A program made the position numbers and the translations under genes. From the NCBI GenBank assembly GCA_050331235.1, contig JBHJHA010000058.1, positions 1 through 64,000 on the forward strand: DNA of 64,000 nucleotides, in the 5' to 3' direction. The notes beneath the pieces are model-generated. The model was not told where the DNA came from. It searched no databases and saw only the letters and a program-made list of their open reading frames with translations. This DNA is from Leptolyngbyaceae cyanobacterium (GTDB lineage Bacteria; Cyanobacteriota; Cyanobacteriia; Phormidesmidales; Phormidesmidaceae). This document shows, piece by piece, positions 63,224 to 64,000 of this stretch; the stretch's first letter is position 1; the number at the start of each line of letters is the position of its first letter.

Positions 63224-64000
63224 TCAAGCAGAAGTCCCTGGCCCGAAATAATTAGAGACAAAGTTTCCATGTAGTCCGTAGGGTACGTGATGCTTGAGCT
63301 TGAGCCGGGCGACGGGTCCAGCCTCAATATCATGGGCAGCCAATATGACAAGATCAGAACAGCGACGGCCGGCATCATAGATCAAAGCCAACACCCAGCC
63401 ATCGTCTTCGCTCTGCCCATCCGGGCGCGGCACAAACACTGGCTCTCCCATAAAGCCTTGGGGCGCGACGCTCCAAAGCTGCTCTTCGCCAGTATGCAAA
63501 TCTCGCTTGAGCAGGGCCTGTAGGGGAGCGTTGCCGACGGAGACATGGGTGGCTCCGATATAGAGATATCGATAGGGCTGCCCCACTCGGTCTGGATGCA
63601 AATTGGGGAACTCGCAGCTGCGGTCAATTAGACGGTTATGGGCAACGGTTTCAGTATCTAAATCCACCTCAAAGCGCCAGAGCTGTCCTGCAGGCACCGT
63701 TGCAAAGTCCACATCTTCATAGGTCAAGCCTTCATCCAAAGCTGGAAAGTCTTGATAAACGACGGAGTCAATCATCACCTTGCCCTCCTGCTCAAACGCG
63801 TTGGCATGGTGAAAAACAAAGCCGGCAGGGGCTTCAAAGGACTGAGCCGGGCGATTGCCCCCACGGGGAATCAAGATGATATTGGTTTTGGCCTTGGGGT
63901 CAAACTGCACGCATTCACCAGCACCCTTGAGTCCCATCAGAAAAGGAAAAGGATTGAAGCTAACCGGGTTTTGAAAAAAGATGGCGTAGTGCGAGGTAAT
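63224..64000 (-). CDS. Carotenoid oxygenase (apocarotenoid cleavage) family, 5' partial
   Basis: FVFHHANAFE, CEFP, GEPVFVP, EDDGWV, PYGLHG; frame is open to the window edge. Confidence 0.9.
   Translation of the reverse strand: MTSHYAIFFQNPVSFNPFPFLMGLKGAGECVQFDPKAKTNIILIPRGGNRPAQSFEAPAGFVFHHANAFEQEGKVMIDSVVYQDFPALDEGLTYEDVDFATVPAGQLWRFEVDLDTETVAHNRLIDRSCEFPNLHPDRVGQPYRYLYIGATHVSVGNAPLQALLKRDLHTGEEQLWSVAPQGFMGEPVFVPRPDGQSEDDGWVLALIYDAGRRCSDLVILAAHDIEAGPVARLKLKHHVPYGLHGNFVSNYFGPGTSA

Noticed and set aside
1..64000. Abundant GCGATCGC octamers
   Set aside because: Known cyanobacterial HIP1; used only as a taxonomic and foreign-DNA indicator

Overview
Chromosomal window of a cyanobacterium, probably filamentous and Leptolyngbya/Nodosilinea-like (inferred from many HIP1 GCGATCGC octamers and gene content such as HetZ-related, Ycf20 and pentapeptide proteins). 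Housekeeping and accessory genes (nei, proA-like, recR, tyrA, lepA, rnhA, iscS-like, phnK, two-component genes, glycosyltransferases, two FecR-domain genes beside an outer-membrane barrel) flank a ~16-kb insertion (31696-47682) bounded by Tn3-family ends and a 5-bp target duplication, TGTAT. The insertion looks like an unresolved, decaying plasmid cointegrate. It holds a second Tn3 element, a transposase-less 1.47-kb TIR cassette, a parA/partner module with 8-bp arrays, and DUF1016 and Uma2 genes. Two signals stand out. (1) Two unrelated loci share the same geometry, a 39-bp duplication of local chromosomal sequence around a 34-bp insert (73-bp period), as expected from off-target Cas1-Cas2-type spacer integration; one becomes visible only after the transposon is removed in silico. 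(2) One DUF1016/YhcG gene contains a perfect 14-1-14 DNA palindrome inside its coding sequence, while its paralog lacks it internally and has two similar palindromes just upstream. No rRNA, tRNA or canonical CRISPR array was recognised. All calls come from reading the sequence; no database searches were run.
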